From the human T2T-CHM13v2.0 reference genome, Homo sapiens, in the NCBI RefSeq assembly GCF_009914755.1, contig NC_060947.1: 64,000 bases of DNA, one strand, 5' to 3'. Made by a program: the position numbers and the translations under genes. The first letter of the stretch is position 1. Every line of letters begins with the position of its first letter. Positions 53,151-64,000 of this stretch are shown piece after piece. The notes beneath the pieces are model-generated. The model was not told where the DNA came from. It saw only the letters and a list, made by a program, of their open reading frames with translations, and ran no database searches.

Positions 53151-53767
53151 TTCCTTTTTTTAACTTTTATTTTAGGTTTGGGGGTACATGTGAAGGTTTG
53201 TTTCATAAACATGTTTCATGGAGTTTTGTTGTACAGATTATTTCATCACCCTAGGTATTAAGCCCAGTACCCAACAGTTATATTTTCTGCTCCTCTCCCC
53301 CCTCCCCCTCTTCCCTCCTGCCTAAAGTAGTGTCTGTTGTTTCCTCCTTTGTGTTCATAAGTTCTTATCATTTAGCTCCCATTTATAAGTGAGAACATGC
53401 AGTATCTGGTTTTCTGTTCAGCGTTAATTTGCTAAGGATAACAGCCTCCAGCTCTATTCATGTTCTTGTGAAATACATGATCTTGTTCTTTTTTATGGCT
53501 GTATGGTAGTCCATGGTGTATAGGTACCACATCTTCTTTATCCAGTCTGTCACTGACGAGCATTTAATGTTGATTCCATGTCTTTGCTATTGTGGATAGT
53601 GCTGCAATGACCATTTGTGTGCATGTGCCTTAAATGATAGAATGATTTATATTCCTTTGGGTATATACCCAGTAATGGGATTGCTGGGTCGAACAGCAGT
53701 TCTGTTTTTAGCTCTTTGAGGGACTGCCATACTGTTTTCCACAGTGGTTGAACTAATTTACACTCCC
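53151..53767 (-). mobile_element. L1PA12/13-like 3' end
   Basis: aacttttattttaggtttgggggtacatgtgaaggtttg...taagcccagtacccaa; 13-bp TSD agtttccaaa[c/t]tt at 53138-53150 and 53768-53780. Confidence 0.93.
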
Positions 53768-54914
53768 AGTTTCCAAATTTGTCTAATTCTTCCAGTTTTC
53801 CTTTTAATTTTGAAAAGAAACATCTCCAGTAAGTGGAAGTAAGAAGAAAATAACACATCATCTCTAGAAAGCTAATACTCTCTCAGCAATAACAGAGACA
53901 GGCAGTGCATTCTAAAGCACTTTGGAAACTGTTAAACCCTAAACTAGTGTATGTGGTTAATACAATGATGATGATGATGATAACATGGTCCTGGTATCTG
54001 TGCTACTAATTAACTATATGACCATAGCTGATTGCAAAACTTCAGCTTTCATATCTCCAATGCCCATGCATTCCTTGCTAAGGCTTTGAGAACAAATAAA
54101 ACAAATACAGCCATTGAACCAATACTACTTTAAACACGTCAATGGAAATACAGTGATATATTAAACTCAAGCTGTTCCTAATCACACGTTGGACTATATA
54201 CTCTGTCAGCTTCATCCAGTTCTGAGAATTGGAGCTGCTTGACTCTTGCAACTAAACTTGATGAGTTCTACACACTGCTAGAAACAAAGTTCTGCACAAG
54301 TCACAACCAATGAATAGAATTATCAAGCAGAACTACTAAATCATATCTCTATATGAAATCAGGTTGAGAAGGCGTCAATTTGTTTCGCAACATGTTTTTC
54401 TATTTCAGGTGAGAAGCACTGTCTTGACAACCCCCCGTTTAGAGGTGGTATCAAAGTGAAGACTTTTCTGTCATTCCTGGAAACCAAATCCTACACTTCT
54501 ACTGAGTGTGTGAAGAATAGAGTGTGGCAAAATACACTTTCTTGGAATATGCTATTAGATCATCTGCCCTTCCTTTCTCACATGAGTATCTCAGCAAATG
54601 AAAGCCACTCTTTTGAAGATAAACTATGAAGTACTTTCTGTTTTCTATATGATCATTTGAATGAATGCAAATTGGAGAAGGGTTTGTTCTTTAAGGATGA
54701 GAACATTTCCTTTGTGGTTTCAGTGAATGGAATGTAAAGTATGAATCAAGAAAGATCTAAGAGTGTAGTAAGATTTTGATGAAGGTGTTGAAATCATGTA
54801 AAGGAATCTCAACAGAAACACTGTTATGGTTCCTTTTCTGGATGGGAAAAACTGTGGACAATTCAACAATCATTTATTGAACTCCAAGTGAGGTGCCATG
54901 CACTGTGCTAGAAC

Positions 54915-55100
54915 CGGGATTGGCTATTGGCTACATAATTTGCAGAGCCCAGGGCAAAATGAAAATGCGAGGTCCCTTATCCAAAAATCCTTGTGCATTA
55001 TCTAAGACTGTGGCAGCAGAGCACTAAACAAAGTGAGAGACACTTCAAAGCACAGAGCCCTGTGTAACTGTGCAGGTCACACACCCTGGCTGGAGCTCTG
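54915..55100 (-). mobile_element. MER45A (hAT-Tip100)
   Basis: ggctacataatttgcag.gccca..gcaaaatgaaaatgcg...gcagagcactaaac...gccctgtgtaactg. Confidence 0.87.
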
Positions 55101-55274
55101 TAATTATGCAGAGAGGAAGTGACAGTAACTGACTTGGCTCTGCCTGTGGGTGTCAGGGGAAGTTGCACAGCAGATTTGATAACTGAGTGGGGCCTTGAGG
55201 AGCAGACATTCTATAGACAGAGAAAGAAAGAGGATCGTGGGGACAGAAAAACATTCTACAAGGAAAGAACAGTA

Positions 55275-55760
55275 TTTGTTTACCCATTTAACAGACATTG
55301 AACTCCTATTTTGTACCAGGCACTGTGATAGACATCAAACATCTGAAGATGAAAAAGATACAACCCGTATCCTCCAGGAACTTATAGTCTAGCGGAGAAG
55401 ACAAACATGAGAAAACAGGCATTCATTCATGTAGTCAACAAACATTTATTGAGCATCTACTATATGCAAGTATGGGATAGGTTCCTGGGATAAGATTGTA
55501 AATATCTCAACTTGATCCTATGGTCTACTGGGAAGATGGCCAATTTAACAAGCAATCATATTAAAATGTAGTATGTGCTATGAATGGATAACCCAGAAAG
55601 AATATCTAACCCATTGAAAGTAGGAGTGGGGTAGAAAATTAAAGAAAGCTTTCTGCAAGAGTTGAGGGAGTGGAGTTATAAGTCATGTTGTAAAATTTAG
55701 ACTTTATACTAAGGGCAGTGAGAAGGCATTAAAACTTTCAAATAGAAGTAAGACAATGAC
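55275..55760 (-). mobile_element. Two adjacent L2 3'-end fragments
   Basis: acagacattgaactcct...gtaccaggcactgtg; cattcattca...caacaaacatttattgagcatctactatatgc. Confidence 0.78.
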
Positions 55761-56700
55761 TTTAAAATCACACTGCCTATTGTGTGGATTAAGGGCAAGA
55801 AAAAATCACAGTATATTTGAGGACTAATATTCTGAAAGAGAAAAATACACATTTCTATCATCCCACTAATGGCTAGCAAGCAAAAATCGTCTAACTCAGT
55901 TATCTGTTTGCCAAGTAATGAAGCATCACCTAAGGCTTTATCTGTGTTGTCATAAGCCAGACTTGGCCAACAAGAATGGTAATATGTGTATGACTGTGTG
56001 TGCATGCATGGGTGTGAGGAACCTCATATTATCATCAAAACCCATCATGATCTCTTTCAAAATGCAGGCATTTTGCCAGGAGATGCACATATTGAAATAA
56101 TGATAGCACCCAGACAAGTCATAGACTAGATCAAGTCCTTCTTCAGCCAGGGACTGGTTTTCTTATTTTTTGCTTTTACTAGTACTATCTTTGAAAGACA
56201 ATAGATGTTCAATAAATGCTTTCTTAGCAAATCCATCAGCTTGGTATTTAAGAGCATTGCTTCGTGTGATTTGACATAAGATTACATGGTCATGCTTGCA
56301 AGCTATTTTCCCATCTTTGTTATCTGACACAGCAAAAGAATGTGTGCCATAATCTTTGAACACTGTTTCGGAAGAAGTTGTTGTCGGAAATCTCTTTTTA
56401 AAACAGTGATAGATGTCCTTTTGGCGATACTATTATTATGGCCTTTCTGAAGAGATGTGGTTTGTGATGTCACTGTAGTCAGGACTGAAATGGGGTGGGG
56501 CTACAGTAAAACATCCCTGGAGAATTTGAAAGTGGATAAAATAAGGTTACCCTCTGTGAGTTAAACTTTAAAATCAAGATACAATGAATCAGAGCAGGGA
56601 TATACAATTACCTTTAAAACACAGAACGTCTCCCAAGTCTGTAAGACTGGACAATAACCAGATGGAACGCATTTACATGACTAAAGAAAAACTGTGTCCA

Positions 56701-56712
56701 CCAGTAGGTGGC
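56701..56712 (+). promoter_or_regulatory. Candidate CTCF core motif
   Basis: ccagtaggtggc matches CCASYAGRKGGC in unique sequence; flanks are suboptimal. Confidence 0.3.
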
Positions 56713-56936
56713 TTGATTACCTAGAGAAGCAGAAGACGTTTAATAGTAGCAGAGGCAGATGTTGGTAGCATCATTCTAAACCCTGTCATAGGATAAGGGT
56801 TTCTAACTCCATCTTCCAGGCCATCCTTGTTTATCTTTAAAACATTATACATTCCATTCATATGATGCATTCACCAGGCTCTGGTTCCGTTATCATTATG
56901 TAACCTTCTGATTATGGTTTTGCTTTCCAAGGAGAT

Positions 56937-57117
56937 CAGCCTATACCTGCCATCCTCACCCTTGAATGCACATTAGAATCACCTGGGAAACTTGAAAAAC
57001 TAGAGATGCCTGACCACAGAGATTCTGACTTAATTGATTTGAGAAACGGCCTGGGCATCAGAAATTTAAAATCTCCCCAGGTGAATCAAATGTTATGCCA
57101 GGGTTATGAATCACTGG
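56937..57117. mobile_element. MER5A/B-like
   Basis: gcacattagaatcacctggga...cagagattctgacttaattg...ggcctgggcatc...ctccccaggtga. Confidence 0.85.
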
Positions 57118-58438
57118 CTTATTAGAAGAGAATATGTGGTTCTACAGACTTAGGGTACACTGGGTCTGATAACAAGGTGCCAAGTGTGAATTCCTGTTCA
57201 GAAACTCAGAAGTAACATAAAAATAGTTCCCTTTATTTTTCCATAGCTTTAATTTCTATTTTGAGTCCCAAGTGGGAGGAATTCAACCTTGGTCTCCTCC
57301 CTTTCTCCTGAGTTGCTAAGTTAGTGAGAAGACATTAGTGTGATAGGTTCAGAGTCTTGTTCTGGGTCTCAATTCTTCTCATTCGCATCCACTAAGTGGT
57401 CCTCATTCCCATCTGGTCATTGGTCCTCAGTCCACACAGGTCACTGCCACATCCTGCTTGTCCTGACCACAAGGTCTCTTCAAGTTTACCATTGATCTCT
57501 GCTATGTCTGTGTAGCTCTCAGGTGCACAAGGAATATTCTGCTGCTCCTTCAACTCCTTTGCAATTCAGGACATTATATGAGGCTTTCTCAAGCCCACCC
57601 ACTAACCTCACCATTCAGACATTTCTATGTTGGGGTCCCACTGCTTCACTAGACTCTATTTGGGAAAAGGGAGGAGGAAGCACAGGCCCCCTCTACTCCC
57701 AAATTTCAAGAACTGTTTAAAATTATCACTGTGCTCCTCCAACTCTGGGGCTCAACCTAAGGAGGCAAAGGCAAGCTCACTTACTCAAGGGCCCCCACCA
57801 AAATTTAAGCTCTCTGACTTCCCACTGACTTCCTTTCCCTTAGTCTAAAGAATCGTTAGTTGAAACAGAGAAATTGTGCTCTCATCAAAGCCAAACTTAA
57901 AGTTCACGATTACTGCTGTGGTTCTTCCTTCCCACTCATCACCTTTCCCAGGGCAAGGCTTTTGAACGTCAAAAGCCAAGAATTGACTTCTTCATTCTAG
58001 TCTGTCATCTTTCCGCAGAGGCAAAAAATGTGCTGCATTAATTGACAAAGAGGAGAGGGTTGTTTAAAATGCCAGGGAAATAAGCAGAGGTTATATGATT
58101 ATAACGTGTGAGGTTCTATATATTTTCTCAAAGGAAAAATATTGTCTTGCACAACATTAACAGTTCTCATTTTAAAGTAATAAACTGGGATTTAAATTAC
58201 TATTTGGATTTTCATGTCAGTGTACCCATGACCATGATTTTTAACTTTCTTTGCATCGTTCATGGACCTCTTTAGCAATCTACACCAACTATCAACTTTC
58301 CCCCCTAAAAAAATGCAATAGGCACATGTTTCGCACAGTACTGCTGACCTAAAGGAAAAGAGTATGTTGGTCACCCCAGTGCATATTCTCATCCCTGTGA
58401 AAACTATTTCTGGGGACATTAATAACTACTCATTCTGT

Positions 58439-58508
58439 TTTTACACATCAGTAAAATGTATAAAAACATTTTACACACCAGTAAAATGTATAAAAACATT
58501 TTACACAC
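58439..58508 (+). repeat. 30-bp tandem repeat, ~2.3 copies
   Basis: Unit ttttacaca[t/c]cagtaaaatgtataaaaaca. Confidence 0.95.
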
Positions 58509-58821
58509 ATGAATTTGGTCACTACGAATCCAGCTCTGAGAACTGAATCCACTCTCAGTAGCCCAACTAAACATGTCCTTATGGTTGCACAACTGACAGA
58601 TGGCCCTGAACTGAAGCCAAACACTGTAAGGCCTTCTGTGTTAAAAGAGCAGCCTTGCCTCCAGCACACATATTCTTTCTTTTGAATTTTCAGTGAATAG
58701 GGCTTCTTATTCGCACAGCAAAGCAATCTACCAGCAAGACACACCTGTGTCAAAGACTGTGGTGAAGAAAACAGTCCCAATCTAATATGGCAGGAACAGG
58801 TAGAATATGGACCATCTAGTA

Positions 58822-59048
58822 CAGAGCTCTGCCAACTTCAGCCCACAGGCAATATACAGCTCAACACCACCTGTTTTTGTAATAAAGTTTTATTGGAACA
58901 CAGCCGCACTCATTTATTTACACGTTGTCTGCGGCTGCTTTCCTGCTACAATGGCAGAGCTGAGTAGTTCTGAGAGAGACTATACGGCCTGCAAAGACTT
59001 AAATACACGTTATCTGGCCCTCTACAGAAAAAATATTGTTGACTCCCG
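58822..59048 (+). mobile_element. MER58A, near full length
   Basis: cctgtttttgtaataaagttttattggaacacagcc...ggctgctttc...atctggccctctacagaaaaa; flanks atctagta/ctctagag. Confidence 0.92.
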
Positions 59049-59056
59049 CTCTAGAG

Positions 59057-59220
59057 CCATGCTTCTCAAACTTTCATGTGCTTATGAATCACCGCGGGAT
59101 CTTGTTAAAAAAATGCAGATTCTGATTCAGGTGGAGGGTGGGACTAGAGATTCTGCGTAAATGACAAGCTCTCAGGTGATACCAATGCTGATGATCAGGG
59201 ACCATCCTTTAGGTAGCAAG
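59057..59220. mobile_element. MER5B-like, abutting MER58A
   Basis: ttctcaaactt...gaatcacc...cttgttaaaa.atgcagattctgattcag...caggtgat...gggacca. Confidence 0.87.
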
Positions 59221-59269
59221 AATCCAAAACTCTGAATTGCTGGGTTATTCACTGAGTGCTCCCCTGTGT

Positions 59270-59415
59270 CTGAGGAAGATCCTCAAGGAAAGTTTCTCAT
59301 CTTTACAATTGGTGAATACATGTATCTCGCAGAGTTGTTAATTATACAAGGTCTATATTTAGAACCTCACACAGTACCTGGCACATAGTTGTCTCTCCAT
59401 AAATGGTAGCTAGTT
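59270..59415 (+). mobile_element. MIR 3' fragment
   Basis: acagtacctggcacatagt...ataaatggtagcta. Confidence 0.7.
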
Positions 59416-60097
59416 CAGTACAATGTTCTGCTTTTTGTCTTTACCTATCCTAATAGAAGAGGTTCAGAAAACTCTCACGTTTGGAAAGACAAATCACCAC
59501 TGAAATATAAAATGATCCTACTATTTTTCAAAGCTCCAAGTTTTCTTGGGGACAAATTAAGTTCTATTGTCCAATATGCAAACATCATCTTGTAGTATGA
59601 CTTAAATATACACATTTTTAAAAGATACATGTATTTTTAAAAGTTCTATTGTCCAGTTTTCCAGACCTTTCACTAAAGGGTGGAGGGTCTTACCTGTCCG
59701 TTTTAAGCTTTTCACTGTAAGCTCAACTGAGGTCCAATTCATGGAGAGAGAAAATGTTATTTCTAGCTTAGATTTTTTCTGTTCAATTCCTCTTTCTATT
59801 CTTTGAGAACACATTAGATAATCTTGTAGCTCAGGTAGCACATATACACGAGGTACAGATATGTATGGACTACTTACCCTGAACAGGCATACCAACATAT
59901 ACACTGCACCTTGAGTTCAAATGTCTTTCACTGCTTCTTCTCAAATGCTTTTGGCAACTGAGAACAAAGAAAAAACTGCCTTCATATGCTCTGAGATTAT
60001 ATCAGTTGAAATAATGCCTCAAGTTATGAGAGTGGCTTCTACCACTTTTAAGTGGTTCAAAGAGTGAATGGGAACTATTCATTCACTCTTTTAACCA

Positions 60098-60518
<421 letters not shown>

Positions 60519-60691
60519 ACCTCAGTAAAATGTGTTGGATATACAGATTCCCAGTATATGGTAAGCCAGAGACCCCAAAATGATACTTGTCTTAACCTGC
60601 TAGTCATAGAGAACTGACGGCCTTCCTGGATTCAGTGGATTTTAAAGAATAATTATGAAGGATTATTCAGACCTGACAAGCTGTTTCAAAA

Positions 60692-61050
60692 CTATACTGG
60701 TTATTTACCCATTTTCTCTCAGCCTCAAACCCACTTTCTCTACTCTGTTCTGTGATCCTGGGGCTGGGACTCACACACCACATTTTTCAGACTCTTATGC
60801 CAGCTGGCTCCCTGTTGGTTCTGTTCATAAGAGGAACTAGCAGGAGACTAGAAGGTAAGCGGAGGAAAGAACAGACTTCATTACTATTTGAGGTTACTGT
60901 TGAAATGGCTTCAGCAGTATAGAACAGCTTTGGCTCTAGCATCCTGCTTCTTTGGGAACTCCAACATATGTGAAATCTGTTCCCTGTATTAAACCCTTGC
61001 TACTTGAGACACCTAGAGTAAATTGGTTTTCCTGACTAGAGCTAACTCAA
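60692..61050 (+). mobile_element. LTR33-like ERVL LTR
   Basis: ctctgttctgtg...tgccagctggctccctgttgg...gcaggagactagaagg; ccctgtattaaa...cctagagt...tttcctgact. Confidence 0.82.
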
Positions 61051-61299
61051 AGTTATCAGGTCAAGACCAATACACCAATAAAAGAGGTCCCCAGAACAAC
61101 AAGAGTCTCAGCCTCCTCAGCGGAGTTGTACATTTTATTTACTTAGGCGATGTTGTTCATCATTTCCCTTGGTTGCTATGTGTGCTGAGGGCTGGAGCTT
61201 ACATTCAACACTCTATGGACTAGAGCATGCTAGTTCACCCAAAGCTGGGGAACAAAGAAGAAATAGCCATTCTCATCATACAATTCTTATAGTGACCCA

Positions 61300-61735
61300 T
61301 CATAGTATAGTGGAAAGCACTCAGACTCTGGAGCCGCAATGTCTGTAATGATAGCCACTAGCCACATGGAGCTATTTGAATCTAAATTAGTGTAATTAAC
61401 ATTTAAAATGCAGTTCCTCTGTCTCACTAGCAACATTTTTACTATTCAATAGTCACATGTGGCTAATGACTACTATATTGGGCAGTTCAGATATAAAACA
61501 TTTCCATCATTACAGAAAGTTCTGTCAGATGATGCTGCTTTAGAATCTCAAATCCTGGCCCAGCTACTCCCTAATTGTGTGTTTTCGGGCAAGTTATTTT
61601 AGCTCTCTGAGCCTTAGTTTTCTCATCTGTGAAGTGAGATACTAAGAGAATCCACTTCACTGATAAGCATCCAGTGAGATCACATAAATAAAGTATTCAG
61701 CAGAATGCCTAGCACATAGATAAAAATGATAATAG
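61300..61735 (+). mobile_element. MIR interrupted by MER3
   Basis: atagtggaaagcac.cagactctggag, then caaatcctggc...gggcaagttattt...ccttagttttctcatctgt...gcctagcacatag. Confidence 0.87.
61334..61537 (-). mobile_element. MER3 (hAT-Charlie)
   Basis: tagccactagccacatg...cacatgtggcta...aacatttccatcattacagaaagttct; degenerate TSD ctctggag/ctttagaa. Confidence 0.9.
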
Positions 61736-62479
61736 TCATCTCTCCAAATAAACTAAAAAAAATCCTTGAAAAAAAATATCCTGCAGCCTGATTCATTGGC
61801 ACACTCTCCAGAGTCCTGCATGTGGTACACCCTCAGCAAATGTTTATGAAATGCTAGGAAAACAATTGGCTAAAAAATGGAACTGCCCTTTTTACACTGT
61901 ACCCAAGCAAACCAGAATGCCTTTGACATTTTATATTTCCCAGAGAAAGAATTATGCAGCTTTCTAGTAAGCTCCCTTTCATTTTGAGAAGTGCCAGGTA
62001 ATTCCAATTTCATAGGGGTAAACTTCAAAACCATGAGCAAAGTAGAAAACCATCCAGGTTTAAGATAAGCTCAGGAATTTTTAAGTAACAGGTAAATTAC
62101 CTCAGATAAAAACTGCCAAGGGAAGAGGTAACCTCGCAGGAATGATGAGCTTGGAAGCATTTGCATTCAGACATTGACATTTTCCCAGATGTTTTTAATT
62201 ATAATTATTTCCAGTACATTTGCAGGAGAAAGCCTAAAGCATACTTTCCGAGCTAATAGGAATTATGATTGGCAATCCTAGCAGCATCAGTTGGGGCTGA
62301 AGTCTATCAACTATGGCTAGTCACATTTTCTGATGTTCAAGTCGTACAACTTCCCCACCCCATCCTCTTTCTGACTAGCTTTCTAACCCTTGTCCCACAC
62401 CTAACCCTAGCCATGCATTCATATTATGGCACGCACCCACCATCCCCTCATCCCAAATCTCTCCTCAACCACAACCCCA

Positions 62480-63150
62480 ACTTTCTGCTTGCCTTAGCAG
62501 CAGAATATTCTCTCCTCAGCCCACTCCAATCATGTTTCTGTCCCCACCTCTCCACTGAGGCCACTTTCAGGGCAGTCATTTATCCCACATTGCCAAGTCC
62601 AATGCCAGTTTCTGATTCTCATTTTATTCCACCTTTCATCATTTTTCAACCTAGTTGGTCACACCCTTGTTTTTGAAACCCCTTTTGTGGCTTCCTTGGC
62701 TACAGTTCCTGGTGTTCCGCCCCACCCCCCACTCCCCCATCTCCCAGGCCTGTTCTCTGTCTCCCTTGCTCATCTCCACTTTCCAAAAACCAGCCAGCAG
62801 GAACTTTCTCAATGTGAATTCCACTTATATCACTCCCCTGCTTGACTCCTTCACAAATCTTCCGACTACACTTAGAATACAATTCCAACTCCTTAACTCA
62901 GCCAGCAGGGCCCTCCATGACCTGAGTCCTAACTCCCTCCTAACTCTCTTGTACTACTTTATTCCTTACCTCCTCCCCTTCAGCCACACTGGCCTTTCCT
63001 GTGTTTCACCTATGCCAAGTGCATTCCCACATCACCAACAGTGCCCTAGCTTGACCCTCTACCTCAACTTCTCTGCCCTCTGATCTTCACATAGCAGGCT
63101 CCATCTTGTCTTTCAGAACTCAGCTCAAATGTCCCTTCCTCTGAAAGGCA
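62480..63150 (+). mobile_element. L2 fragment
   Basis: cccactccaatc...ctccactga...tgccaagtccaatg; tcactcccctgctt...gccctccatgacctg...cagccacactggcct...cagctcaaatgtc. Confidence 0.85.
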
Positions 63151-63432
63151 AAAATCTGACCCGATCTGACATTGGGCTATTTAGAGTTATATTTATCCTA
63201 CTCAGTGTGATATCATAGCTAGGTTGAGAACTCTGATCTCCTATTTCCTATATCAGTGCTATTTCCATTATAATGTGCTACCACCTAATAGATACTGGCA
63301 TATAACTGGGGTATCTTGCAAGAGAAACTGTCTTGCATGATTTGTCTAACAGAAAAGCAAGTCAAAAGAGGCCAACTCTCTTCATCTTCACAGTTCCCTT
63401 AATGTACTCAAAAGATGACGAGAAGAGTTATA

Positions 63433-63842
63433 CAGATCTTCCTTGACTTTCAAAGTATATCTCCGTAAACCTATCATAAGTTGAAAAGTTGAAAATATTA
63501 TAAGTGGAAAATGCATTTAATATGCCTAATATACCAAACATCATGGCTTAGCCTAGCCTACCTTAAAGGAACTCAGAACACTTACATTAGCCTATAGTTG
63601 GGCGAAAGCATCTGGCAACACAGTCCACTGAAGAGTATCAATTGTTTACTTTCATGATTACATACCTGACTAGAAGCTGTAGCTTGCTGCTGCTTCCAGC
63701 ATTATCAGAGATCATCACACAGTATGTCACTAGCCCAAGAAATATTTAAACTTCTAAGTACAGTTTTTGCTAAATGTGTATCACTTTCACATCATCCTGA
63801 AGTAGACAAATCTTAAGTTGATTTTAAGTTGAGGGCTTTCTG
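63433..63842 (-). mobile_element. Tigger4b (Zombi; TcMar-Tigger) non-autonomous element
   Basis: TA|cag...ctg|TA ends; gcttagcctagcctaccttaaa...ctcagaacacttacattagccta.agttgggc. Confidence 0.9.
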
Positions 63843-64000
63843 TAGTTCTAAGAGGTGATTTGGGAATGGGGGAGAGAGTAGGGAGGATATGAGAATTTAG
63901 AGCAAATACTATTCTGTTTTCTCTTTATTTTATCAACATCCATATTGGTGGGGGAGATCAGATTTGTAACTAAAGAGTCACAATTGGTAACTAAAAAGTT

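Noticed and set aside
58822-59220. Abutting hAT elements (also 38364-38775) as a composite transposon
   Set aside because: Explained by Charlie-group preference for nnnTAnnn/ctag targets, which are recreated by an earlier element's TSD.
62269-63083. Longest ORFs of the window (135 and 142 aa)
   Set aside because: They overlap a C/T-rich L2 fossil; low-complexity L/P/S-rich translation with non-ATG starts.

Overview
This is primate nuclear DNA, most likely human or great ape (AluY, AluS, L1PA/L1PB, LTR22). It is AT-rich intergenic or deep-intronic sequence and roughly two thirds recognisable interspersed repeat: L1, L2, Alu, MIR, MaLR/ERVL/ERVK solo LTRs, and hAT and Tigger DNA-transposon fossils. 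I found no credible intact protein-coding gene, rRNA, tRNA or CRISPR array. Every ORF with a recognisable protein motif is a frameshifted L1 ORF1/ORF2 remnant or an Alu reading frame. Subfamily names come from remembered consensus sequences and should be confirmed with RepeatMasker/Dfam; many boundaries are approximate. I cannot support a new 'biological system'. The least explained structures are: (1) a cluster of four near-identical 23-39 bp units in direct and inverted orientation at 44.38-44.99 kb, including a 29-bp-stem hairpin; (2) a repeat-free, CpG-retaining, motif-dense block at 36.4-38.3 kb, bracketed by a ~170 bp ancient local duplication; (3) a G4/i-motif tract plus a 24-nt microexon-like cassette at 52.8-52.9 kb and a recursive-splice-like AG|GT site at 54.4 kb; (4) a TSD-bounded L1PB4 with intact ends that lacks its EN/RT region; and (5) an ancient twin-primed L1MB.
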